Below the pieces are notes generated by a model that saw only the letters and a list, made by a program, of their open reading frames with translations, searched no databases and was not told the origin of the DNA. From contig DATFYI010000164.1 in NCBI GenBank assembly GCA_035315125.1, positions 444 through 64,443 of the forward strand: a stretch of DNA of 64,000 bases, in the 5' to 3' direction. A program made the position numbers and the translations under genes. Origin of the DNA: Anaerolineaceae bacterium (lineage in GTDB: Bacteria > Chloroflexota > Anaerolineae > Anaerolineales > Anaerolineaceae). Numbering within the stretch: position 1 is the first letter of the stretch; each line of letters begins with the position of its first letter. This document shows, piece after piece, positions 18,131 to 27,500 of the stretch.

Positions 18131-18171
18131 TGTATCAAAAAACGTAGAGAGAAAGAAGTCATCTCTACGTT
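18131..18171 (-). terminator. terminator-like hairpin in the leader of the kinase operon
   Basis: Perfect 10-bp stem AACGTAGAGA/TCTCTACGTT (18141-18171) followed on the minus strand by TTTTGAT. Lies about 60 nt upstream of the kinase start. Confidence 0.35.
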
Positions 18172-18471
18172 CGTAAGGTTGAATTTAAATATGGCTGGTG
18201 GAGATGCTTCGTTCTATCCAGTCACTATCGATGATTTCAAACCAATTCCAACATATATTATACACTTTTTTGTATATCAATTGGCTACGCATTGGCGCCA
18301 TATTGTTAGAAATAATATAGGTTTTTTTGGGGACAATGATAGATGGATTTGGATAATATAGTAGTTGATGGAGAGGATTACCAATATCCTCTTTGTGCGT
18401 GTAAAAAAAAGCTTTATTTATGTGAGCAGTTTTTCTATAAGCTGTTTCACGGGTAACTAAGGAGGCGTTTT

Positions 18472-19032
18472 GTGAATGCTACATATTATTATATTATCGG
18501 CGTCGTTCTCGTATTGGTGATCATAGGTGCCATATTGGCGCCGATTTTTGCTCGCCGCAAACGTTCGGACAATTTCCATGATAAGTATGGGTCTGAATAT
18601 GATCACACTGTGGAGACTATGGGCAACGAGAAGAAAGCACAAACAGAGCTGGTTGAACGGCAGAAGCATGTGGATGCTTTGAATATTCGTCCCCTCTCTG
18701 TTAATGAGCACCAGCGTTATCTGGCTGATTGGACTGCTGTCCAGGCCAAATTTGTCGACGAACCGGGTCAGGCGACTGTGGAAGCCGACCACCTGATCAT
18801 GGAGGTCATGCAGGTTCGTAACTACCCGGTTTCTGATTTCGAGCAGCGGGCTGCCGATGTCTCGATCAGTTACCCTGCTTTGGTGAGTAATTACCGAGCC
18901 GCACGCGTGATTGCGCTCAAAAATGAGAAGCACCAGGCAAATACTGAAGAATTAAGACAGGCAATGATTTATTACCGCTCTCTGTTCGATGAACTCCTGG
19001 CAGAAGAGCCAGTCGCGGTAAAGGAGAGCTAG
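18472..19032 (+). CDS. membrane-anchored hypothetical protein with conserved C-terminal helical domain
   Basis: GTG start behind TAAGGAGG. N-terminal TM. The C-terminal domain ...WTAVQAKFVDEPGQATVEADHLIMEVM...LRQAMIYYRSLFDELL is shared with the next gene. Confidence 0.6.
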   Translation: MNATYYYIIGVVLVLVIIGAILAPIFARRKRSDNFHDKYGSEYDHTVETMGNEKKAQTELVERQKHVDALNIRPLSVNEHQRYLADWTAVQAKFVDEPGQATVEADHLIMEVMQVRNYPVSDFEQRAADVSISYPALVSNYRAARVIALKNEKHQANTEELRQAMIYYRSLFDELLAEEPVAVKES

Positions 19033-19034
19033 AG

Positions 19035-19739
19035 ATGAACGGTCAATATTTTGAAGAACGTTCGAATACCTCTGACATCGTTGGGAGAGCTGATACGGGT
19101 ACGAACAGCCCGGTAGTAACTTCAGATACTTTTGCCGGTAATGTCCCGCTGGATGCAACTCTTATACACGATATGCCGATGGGCGGTGGAAGCGTTGCTG
19201 CCGTGGGCCCGATGGACGTGCCTGTGGCCGATGAGGTCCCGATGTATCAGACTCCTGTCCAAAATATCCCTTTGAGCGAGACCGTTGCTCCGGTCAGTCC
19301 GATTTACCAGACGGTTGTCCCCGAGGCTCCGATGAGCGAGACGATCCATTACACAGCTGTGATGGGGGAAACAATTGTTGACGAGTCCCAAGCGAGCATG
19401 TCGACCCCTTACATGGCTCCGAAAGTTGAGCCTGCACCCTATGAAGCCCATCCTGGCTCGAATGCCGGACCATCGGCGGCTCTGCTTAATCGTGATCAAT
19501 CAGAGCATTTTCGTACACACTGGAATGAAATCCAGGGTATGTTTGTGGACGATCCTCGCTCTGCTGTCCAGCAGGCGGATGCACTGGTATCGGAGGTAGT
19601 CGAACAAATCACCCAGATGTTTGCCAGCGAACATACCTCACTGGAAACACAGTGGAAGCAGGGCAATGATGTCTCGACTGAAGATCTGCGTAAGGCCTTG
19701 CAGCACTACCGCTCCTTCTTCAATCGCCTGGTGGTTTGA
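19035..19739 (+). CDS. hypothetical protein, paralogous C-terminal domain
   Basis: Pro/Val/Met-rich repetitive N-terminus. C-terminus ...HWNEIQGMFVDDPRSAVQQADALVSEVV...LRKALQHYRSFFNRLV parallels 18472-19032. Confidence 0.6.
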   Translation: MNGQYFEERSNTSDIVGRADTGTNSPVVTSDTFAGNVPLDATLIHDMPMGGGSVAAVGPMDVPVADEVPMYQTPVQNIPLSETVAPVSPIYQTVVPEAPMSETIHYTAVMGETIVDESQASMSTPYMAPKVEPAPYEAHPGSNAGPSAALLNRDQSEHFRTHWNEIQGMFVDDPRSAVQQADALVSEVVEQITQMFASEHTSLETQWKQGNDVSTEDLRKALQHYRSFFNRLVV

Positions 19740-19786
19740 AAGCAGAAGAGTTAAACAATAACCTGTTAGAATTTGCAATTGCAAAG

Positions 19787-19822
19787 TGACCTGACCCTCA
19801 TACCGGGGGCCAGGTCATTCTT
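19787..19822 (+). terminator. probable intrinsic terminator
   Basis: Stem TGACCTG(A)CCC/GGG(G)CAGGTCA followed by TTCTT. The U-tract is weak. Confidence 0.4.
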
Positions 19823-19950
19823 AGGCGGGTAAAGAATGTTGAATTTGTAAAAAGTCTTAATACGGGGTAAGATAAAACTATCATCTAAATAACGATAAAA
19901 GAACACTCGCGTTAAGCCATTGGGTATTTCCGGGGTGCGAGGGTTAATAT

Positions 19951-20178
19951 ATGGAAATACCCATTGAGGAAACAATGCTGATCAGATATTCATGCAAGGA
20001 TATGGGCTTGAATTGCTTATTTGTGGCTAAGGGCCAGACGCTGGAAGAGGTGACAAAGATGGCGATAGAACACGTGTTGGATAAACACAAAGATGATTTT
20101 AATAGTCTCCAATCGCCGGAAGAGATCGAAAAGATGAAGCAGGCCTTAGCGCGTTCCACACGAGTGGTGGCAGGGTAA
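19951..20178 (+). CDS. DUF1059 small metal-binding-like protein
   Basis: MLIRYSCKDMGLNCLFVAKGQTLEEVTKMAIEHVLDKH fits the DUF1059 pattern (C-x-D-x-G-x-x-C...G-x-T-x-EE...H). Confidence 0.65.
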   Translation: MEIPIEETMLIRYSCKDMGLNCLFVAKGQTLEEVTKMAIEHVLDKHKDDFNSLQSPEEIEKMKQALARSTRVVAG

Positions 20179-20189
20179 TATAAAAAATT

Positions 20190-20281
20190 TTGACATTTGA
20201 TAGATATTTTATAGGTTTTTAAAGGGACATTGACAGCCTTTTTTTCGTAAAATGATCCAGAGGAAATTTTGCGAAAAAAAG
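20190..20281 (+). promoter_or_regulatory. conserved stress promoter + leader hairpin module, copy E (plus-strand orientation, faces usp-cgs)
   Basis: ATTTTA (20206-20211), N12, GGGACAT (20224-20230), TTGACAGC, then a 16-bp hairpin CCTTTTTTTCGTAAAAT...ATTTTGCGAAAAAAAG (20238-20281). Confidence 0.5.
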
Positions 20282-20284
20282 TAA

Positions 20285-20425
20285 TCATTAGTCGCCCTTC
20301 ACCCGATTGGCTGCCTTGGAAGGCCCAAGGAAGTGGCCGAACTGGTGATCTGGCCGAGTTCCAATCGAGCTCCCTTTGTTACCGGTGCTTATTATCCAAT
20401 AGATGGCGGCTATCTGGCTCGGTAA
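20285..20425 (+). pseudogene. short-chain dehydrogenase/reductase remnant (C-terminal ~45 aa)
   Basis: ...HPIGCLGRPKEVAELVIWPSSNRAPFVTGAYYPIDGGYLAR then stop is the canonical SDR C-terminus. No N-terminal Rossmann part; starts immediately after module copy E. Confidence 0.6.
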
Positions 20426-20483
20426 ATAATTAGCGCGATTAAGCTCTCCTCTGCTGGCATTCTGAAGGAATGGAGAAATTATT

Positions 20484-21581
20484 ATGTTTAACCGAATCCT
20501 GGTTCCACTGGATGGGTCGACGCTGGCAGAGCGAGCGATCCCTCACGCTGAGCAGTTTGCTCGCATCTTTGGCTCAAGTATTATTTTGCTGCAGATCCTT
20601 GATCCTACTTCCTATCATGAAAACCCGAATGCTGTAGATCCCTTGAGCTGGCAAATTCGAAAGGCCGAGGCCGATATGTATATGAAAGGGATCGCTGCAC
20701 GGATTCGTGAAAACATGGGCGTAAGCGCGTCTGATTCCAAAGATATACATAGCTCACAAAGCACAGGCCAGGATGAAAAAAAGGCCCACGTAACCTATTC
20801 GATTCGGGAGGGCAAAACGGCAGAAAACATCGTCAATTTTGCTCAAACAGAAGCGATCGACCTGCTTGTTATCAGCACGCATGGTTCGGGCGGGTTGAGC
20901 CGCTGGAACCTCAGCAGTGTCACTCAAAAGGTGATCAACCTGATTTATCTGCCAGTGCTCATCGTGCGCGCCTATAACCAACCCGAGACAGAGGATGCCA
21001 GGATTCGCTACCGGCGTATTCTCCTCCCGATCGACAGCTCACGCCGCGCCGAGTGTGCCCTGCCCGCCGGGATTGCCCTGGCACGTGGAGAAAGGTCCGT
21101 GCGACCGGCATCTAAGGCAAATAACCTTTTACCTCAAGACTCTGCGCCGGCTACCTCATCATTCCAAACAAAGCTGATCCTGGCCGCCGTGATCAAGCCG
21201 CCGGAAATTCCCATCCCCGAACCTTACCCCGTTGAGATTGAACGCCTCTCTGAACAATTGATTCAGGTCAGTCGTGAAACGGTTAGTAATTATGTGAATG
21301 AGATGAAAAAGCGCTTATCGGTAGATTGTGAGGCTTGCGTGGTTGAGAACAAAAGCGTAAATTCCGCCATTCAGGAATTAGCCAGCCAGGATCAGGACAT
21401 CGACCTGGTCGTGCTGTGTGCTCACGGTTATACAGGGCAATCCAACTGGCCTTATGGAAGCGTGGCTCGCAATTACATGGAGCATGGCACCAAACCCGTC
21501 CTGGTCATTCAGGATGTAGTGCGATCCCAGGTTCTGCCAACTACGGCAGAAATTGCCGCCGAAAAATCCGGGGGACGTTGA
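20484..21581 (+). CDS. tandem universal stress protein (two UspA domains with a linker)
   Basis: MFNRILVPLDGS...DLLVISTHGSGGLSRWNLSSVTQKV and RILLPIDSS...DLVVLCAHGYTG...GSVARNYMEHGTKPVLVI. Confidence 0.88.
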   Translation: MFNRILVPLDGSTLAERAIPHAEQFARIFGSSIILLQILDPTSYHENPNAVDPLSWQIRKAEADMYMKGIAARIRENMGVSASDSKDIHSSQSTGQDEKKAHVTYSIREGKTAENIVNFAQTEAIDLLVISTHGSGGLSRWNLSSVTQKVINLIYLPVLIVRAYNQPETEDARIRYRRILLPIDSSRRAECALPAGIALARGERSVRPASKANNLLPQDSAPATSSFQTKLILAAVIKPPEIPIPEPYPVEIERLSEQLIQVSRETVSNYVNEMKKRLSVDCEACVVENKSVNSAIQELASQDQDIDLVVLCAHGYTGQSNWPYGSVARNYMEHGTKPVLVIQDVVRSQVLPTTAEIAAEKSGGR

Positions 21582-21583
21582 GC

Positions 21584-24500
21584 GTGCTAAAAGACCCCAC
21601 CAATCAGGCAGAGGAGCGAGAGCTTGTTTCCGGCGCGAATTCCTCTGCCTTTAAAACTGACCAGATTCGAGAATTGGTAAATGCCCTGGCAAGCAATTAC
21701 CAGGATGCCAGCCAAAGCAATCCGGGCCGGTTATCGAAAAAGTTCTTGCCAGGACCCGACTTACCCGGGCGCGATCTGGGATTGTATGAATCCTGGCTGG
21801 CCGAAGCACATCGCTACTTTCGAGAAGCCTCCCATCAACAGGTATCGCTTACTTATGCCTCTGAGTGGGTGTTAGACAATTACTACATCATCCGCCAGGC
21901 CCTTCAGCAAATCGATGAGGATTTACCGTCCGGATATTATAGGCAGCTACCTAAGCTGACCGGTGGTCCACTGAAAGGCTATCCCCGCATTTATGCAATT
22001 GCACGCGCAGTGCTTTCATACCAGCATCTATTATTAGATCCAATCGAACTGCGGACCATTCTAATCCAATTCCAGGAACATGTCCCGCTGACGATGGGTG
22101 AGTTGTGGGCCTTGCCGATATTCCTGCGCTATGGTCTGATCGAGTTCCTGGCACACGCACTTATACCGGCGATTCATCCACCCAACCTTCCTGATTTGCC
22201 CGCTGTGCCTCCACATCTGCTGGGGAATGGCGACACTTTATCTTCCTGGTATATTTCCGCAGGAGAAGCAACAAACAATGATAGCGTTGCCAATATCATC
22301 CTAAGCCTGAGAGTCATATCAGAACAGGACTGGAGCGACTTCTTTGAATCTGTAAGTTGTCTGGAACAAACACTGCGGGGAGACCCGGCCGGAATATATG
22401 CCCGGATGGACTTTAAGACCCGCGACCTGTATCGAAAAAAGATCGAACGGCTCTCGTTTGCCACCGGCCGGGAGGAGAACGAGCTGGCCGAGATCACAGT
22501 CAGGTTGGCTGGCTCAGCTGGTATGAGCTTATCTTCAAATTCGGTCCGAAATTCAACCACGAACAATGATCCTGTTTTGCCATCTCGGGCTGTACATATC
22601 GGTGAGTATCTGCTTGGAGAAGGCCAATCTGTTTTAGAACAGCAAATTGGCTATCGTCCGGATGTTAAAACGGTTTTCAAGCGTTGGGTGTTCCGGCATG
22701 CCAGTACTTTTTATCTCTCCAGTATAGGAGTACTTACCGTTTTTATTCTGGTAGCACTGCTCCTTTCAACTGGCCTGCCAAAAATCCTGAATGGCTCTCC
22801 GCTGCAATGGATCATTGTTATCTTTTTAACTGCAACAATGGTGATCCCCCTGCTGACCGTATCAACCAGTTTGGCCAACTGGCTGATTACCCTGATGATA
22901 CCGCCACGTGTTCTACCCAAGCTCGACTTCAAAAGTGAAATCCCCAATCCGTTCCAAACGCTGGTAGTTATCCCGGCCATGATTACCAGCCGCGAGGAAA
23001 TCGATTCACTGGCCCACCAGCTCGAACTGCATTATCTTCGTAATCCTGAACCGGGGCTTCAATTTGCCTTGTTGACCGATTTCCGCGACGCTGATAGTGA
23101 AACTTTGCCCGAGGACGAAGGACTGCTTAAGTATGCCACTGCTAAAATCGAGATCTTGAACAGCAAATACAAATACATTGCTCCTGGCAGTAATACTGAA
23201 CCTGTTCCGGATAACGGCCAGGAGGAGAGCCAGAATGGCAGCAGGCTTTTTTATTTCCTCCATCGCAAGCGCTTATGGAACGCATCTGAAGGCAGGTGGA
23301 TGGGCTGGGAGCGTAAACGCGGTAAGCTGAATGAGCTCAACTTGCTGCTGCGCGGCGGCGGAAACCTGTCATTCATCCCTCTGAGAGGCGAGCTGGGTAC
23401 AAGTACCGACTCTCTGCAAGCTGTGCGTTTCGTCATCACCCTCGACACAGACACTATTCTACCGCGTGGGGCAGCTTGCCGCCTTGCCGGTACGCTGGCT
23501 CACCCGCTTAACCGGGCTGTTTTCGATCAAACAACCGGGCAGGTTATCTCAGGCTACACGGTTCTGCAGCCGCGCATGGAGATCCATCCAAGGAGTGCAA
23601 ATCATTCCTGGTTTACACGCTTCTTTGCCGGAGATACCGGTTTGGACCTGTATACCCTGGCCGTCTCCGACGCCTACCAGGATTTGTTCGGCGAGGGTAG
23701 TTACGTTGGCAAAGGCATTTACGATGCGGACGCATTCGAGCGCAGCGTAGACAGGCATATCCCTGAAAACACCGTGCTCAGCCACGACCTGTTGGAAGGG
23801 CTGATGGGCCGCGCCGGGCTGGTTACCGACATTACCATGATCGAGGACTACCCGCAGAATTACTTCATCCAGGTCATGCGCCAACGTCGTTGGATGCGCG
23901 GGGATTGGCAGTTGCTCCCCTGGTTGTTCAAACCCAATCGTAATGGGCTGGTTTTCTCGCTGATTGATCGCTGGAAGATGTTCGATAACCTGCGCCGCGC
24001 CCTGCTGGCTCCGGCGCTGCTGCTGATCTTCTTCATAGGGCAGATATTCCTACCCGGACTGGCTTGGCTATGGACAGCGGTTGTGCTGGTTTCTCTCGGC
24101 GTTCCTGTATTAACGGGTGCGGCCCGCAGCGTCCTACAAATTATAGGTGGCGGGTACGTAGAGATAGCCCTGCGCCCATTGGGCTGGAACTTGCTGCGCT
24201 GGCTGCTGGCGGTTGCTTTCCTGCCCTACGAAGCCTATATTTCCATCGATGCAGCTCTTACCACACTCTATCGCCTGTTGATCAGTCACCGCAACCTCTT
24301 GCAGTGGACGACTGCAGCCCAAACTGCCCGAGTCTTTGGCTTGCAAACCCGCCGGAATGTTGCCTGGGAGAAAATGGGCGCCTCTACAGTCGCGGCTGTG
24401 ATTCTAGCGGCAGGGATACAGGTCATTTCTGATCTGAGCAGGAATGGGATTGCGCCGGCGCTGACTTACGCTTCAACAGTGCTGCTTCTTTGGCTGTTTT

Positions 24501-27500
24501 CCCCGATCATCGTATGGTGGATTAACCGGCCAATCATCAAACAGGTTGTTCCCTTGACCGATGAACAGGCAAATCTCTTACGACAGGTTGCCAGGCGAAC
24601 CTGGGGCTTTTTTGAACGTTTCGTTGGTCCAGAAGATCATTGGCTGCCGCCCGATCATTACCAGGAGTCACCCGTTGGAACGGTTGCACACCACACCTCT
24701 CCAACCAATATCGGCTTGCTGCTCACCTCGACCCTGGCTGCCTACGATCTCGGTTATTTGGATCAACTGGGGTTGGCCACCCGCCTGGTTACTACAATGG
24801 ACACACTCGACCGGTTGGAGCGTTTCCGCGGGCATTTTATAAACTGGTATGACACGTTAACTCTTCAGCCGCTGCACCCGCGCTATATCTCCACAGTTGA
24901 CAGCGGCAATCTGGCCGCCAGTCTTATTGTCACCGCCCAGGCTTGCAAAACCATGCCGGATGAGCGCGTATTCCGTTGGGATTTATGGCAGGGTTACCTG
25001 GATACACTTTCAAATCTGACTGAGACGCTGACAGGTATGCGCAAGGCCGAGTTCGACCAGCAGCTTGAAGAAATTAACCAACGCATCGCGGCGATACACG
25101 CTGAAATCCTGGCGGTACGGTCTCAACCAGAGCGCTGGTACCCACTTTATGTGAAGGCAAGTGGACCGTTCTGGCAGGATCTTTCCAGCCGCCTGATGAA
25201 ACTGGTGGAAGTGGGTCGCTCTGCTTTCGACTTGATGACATTAGGAAAGCTGCAAGAAGTCGCCGGGCAGGTTGAACGGCATCACAACGCCGTACAACGC
25301 ACGATCAGTGAGCTAGTGCCCTGGATTCCCTTGTTTGAGAATCTCCCCGTGCTGTTCAATGAACCTCAATTCAACCAGAAGATGGCTGAATTGAGAGCCA
25401 ATTTACCCTACAACCTTACACTTGGGCAGGTTCACACTCAGGTCGAGGCGGCTTTACCCGGTATCATCGCCCTGCGTAATTTGTTAGCTGCGGATCCTGC
25501 GCCTGTTGATTCCGTAGAAGTATCTGTCTCATTGGCAATAAACGAGCAAGAACCAATGGCACTGGCATGGCTGGAAGCGTTAGGCCAGGCTCTGAAGCAT
25601 GCGGATACAAATTCGAGTTCGCTGGTAGCACGATTCGCACTCATCATGCGGCGAGCTGAACAGTATGTGAACGAGATGGACTTTCGCTTCCTCTATCATT
25701 TGCAGCGGCGTGTCTTCCACATTGGTTTTAACCTCGAGGCCGGCCAACTCGACCACAACTATTACGATCTGCTGGCCTCAGAGGCACGTATCGCCTCGAT
25801 CATCGCCATTTCAAAAGGAGAAGTGCCGCAGTCTCATTGGCTGCAGTTGAGCCGGCCGGTCACGCGGGTGGAAGGTGCATACGTTTTGCTTTCGTGGAGC
25901 GGGACGATGTTCGAATACCTGATGCCGCCGCTTTTTTTACGCTCCTACCCGGGTACTTTACTGGCAGAAAGCGCCAGGGGAGCAGTCCTACACCAAATTG
26001 CTTATGGTAAAGCCAAGAATGTGCCCTGGGGCATCTCTGAATCCGGTTTTTACCGGTTCGACGCCAATCAGAATTATCAGTACCGCGCATTTGGCGTGCC
26101 CGGGTTGGGCTTCAAGCGAGGTTTGGGTGATGACTTGGTGATTGCCCCGTATGCCTCCCTCATAGCGATTAATTATGACCCCGCGGCTGTGGTTCGCAAT
26201 CTGGCCAACCTGATTGCACACAATATGATCGGGTTATACGGCGTTTATGAGTCGATTGATTTCACAACGGACCGGCTGCTGTTGGATGAAACTTCTGAAG
26301 TCGTGGGCGAATATATGGCACACCATCAAGGCATGATCTTAATGGCGATGGTTAACTTCTTTAACCATGATATTATGGTGCGGCGCATGCACAGCGACCC
26401 ACGCATCCAAAGTGTTGAGATGCTCCTGCAGGAGCAGGTGCCGCAGGCCGTACCAGTGCAAGACCCTTATGCCGAGGATGTGAAGGGTGTGCAGCGTTTA
26501 ACCGTTGCGCCAGTTGAAATCATTCCCTGGAGTGTACCGGTACAAACCCCCATTCCCCAGGTCCACCTGCTCTCCAACGGAAGCTACAATGTGCTGCTTT
26601 CCAATATGGGTGGTGGATACAGCTCCTGGCGTGATATTGACCTGACACGCTGGCAGCCTGACGGTGTGTTGGATTCATGGGGAAGCTGGATCTATATCCA
26701 GGAATTGGAAAAGGAACCACAAAAGAGACGCAGATTGTGGTCTGCCGGCTACCAACCTGTTCCAGGAGACAAGGCGGTAATTCAGGTAACCTACTTTGCT
26801 CACATGGCTGTCTTCGGCCGGACTGAAAATGGCATCACATCCACCATGGAAGTTACCATAGCGCCAGAAGACCCGGTTGAGATTCGCCGCATACACCTGC
26901 ACAATAACCACGATTACTCCCACAACCTGCGTCTGACCTCCTATGGCGAGGTGATTCTGGCCGCCCAGACGGCAGATGCTCGCCACCCCGCCTTCAATAA
27001 GCTGTTTATCGAAAGTGAGTTCGTGCCGGATCTTAATTTGCAAATCTTCATCCGCCGTCCGCGCTCCAATACAGAAACAACCTTGCTGATGGGCCATATG
27101 ATGGTTATCGAAGGTAAGCAAATAATCGCACGGCATGAAGCAGATCGGTATCGCTTTATTGGCCGTGGTCGCAGCTTACACAGCCCAGCTGCCCTGACTT
27201 CGCAGGAGTACCTGACCGGCTCGACCGGTGCGACACTCGACCCAATCTTTGCTCTTGGACAGGAAATCGCGCTGGATCCGCATGAAAGTGCAAATATAGC
27301 TTACCTGACCATTGCTGGGGAGAGCCGTGAAGCAATTATTGCGCTGGCCAGACGGTACAGCAGCTGGACTCTGGTCGAGCGCTCCTTCCACCAGTCTAAT
27401 ATCGCTGCCCAAACATGGCTGGGCAAGCAAGAAATTGATACCCAGGCCTTCAAGGACACCCTGCAGATCCTTTCAGCGTTGATCTATTCATTCAAGGCGG

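Noticed and set aside
21416-21583. N-terminal 56 codons of the 3013-aa track ORF, which overlap the usp gene.
   Set aside because: - The extension is just an open frame overlapping the well-supported USP C-terminus.
- An in-frame GTG at 21584, directly after the usp stop, is the more plausible start.
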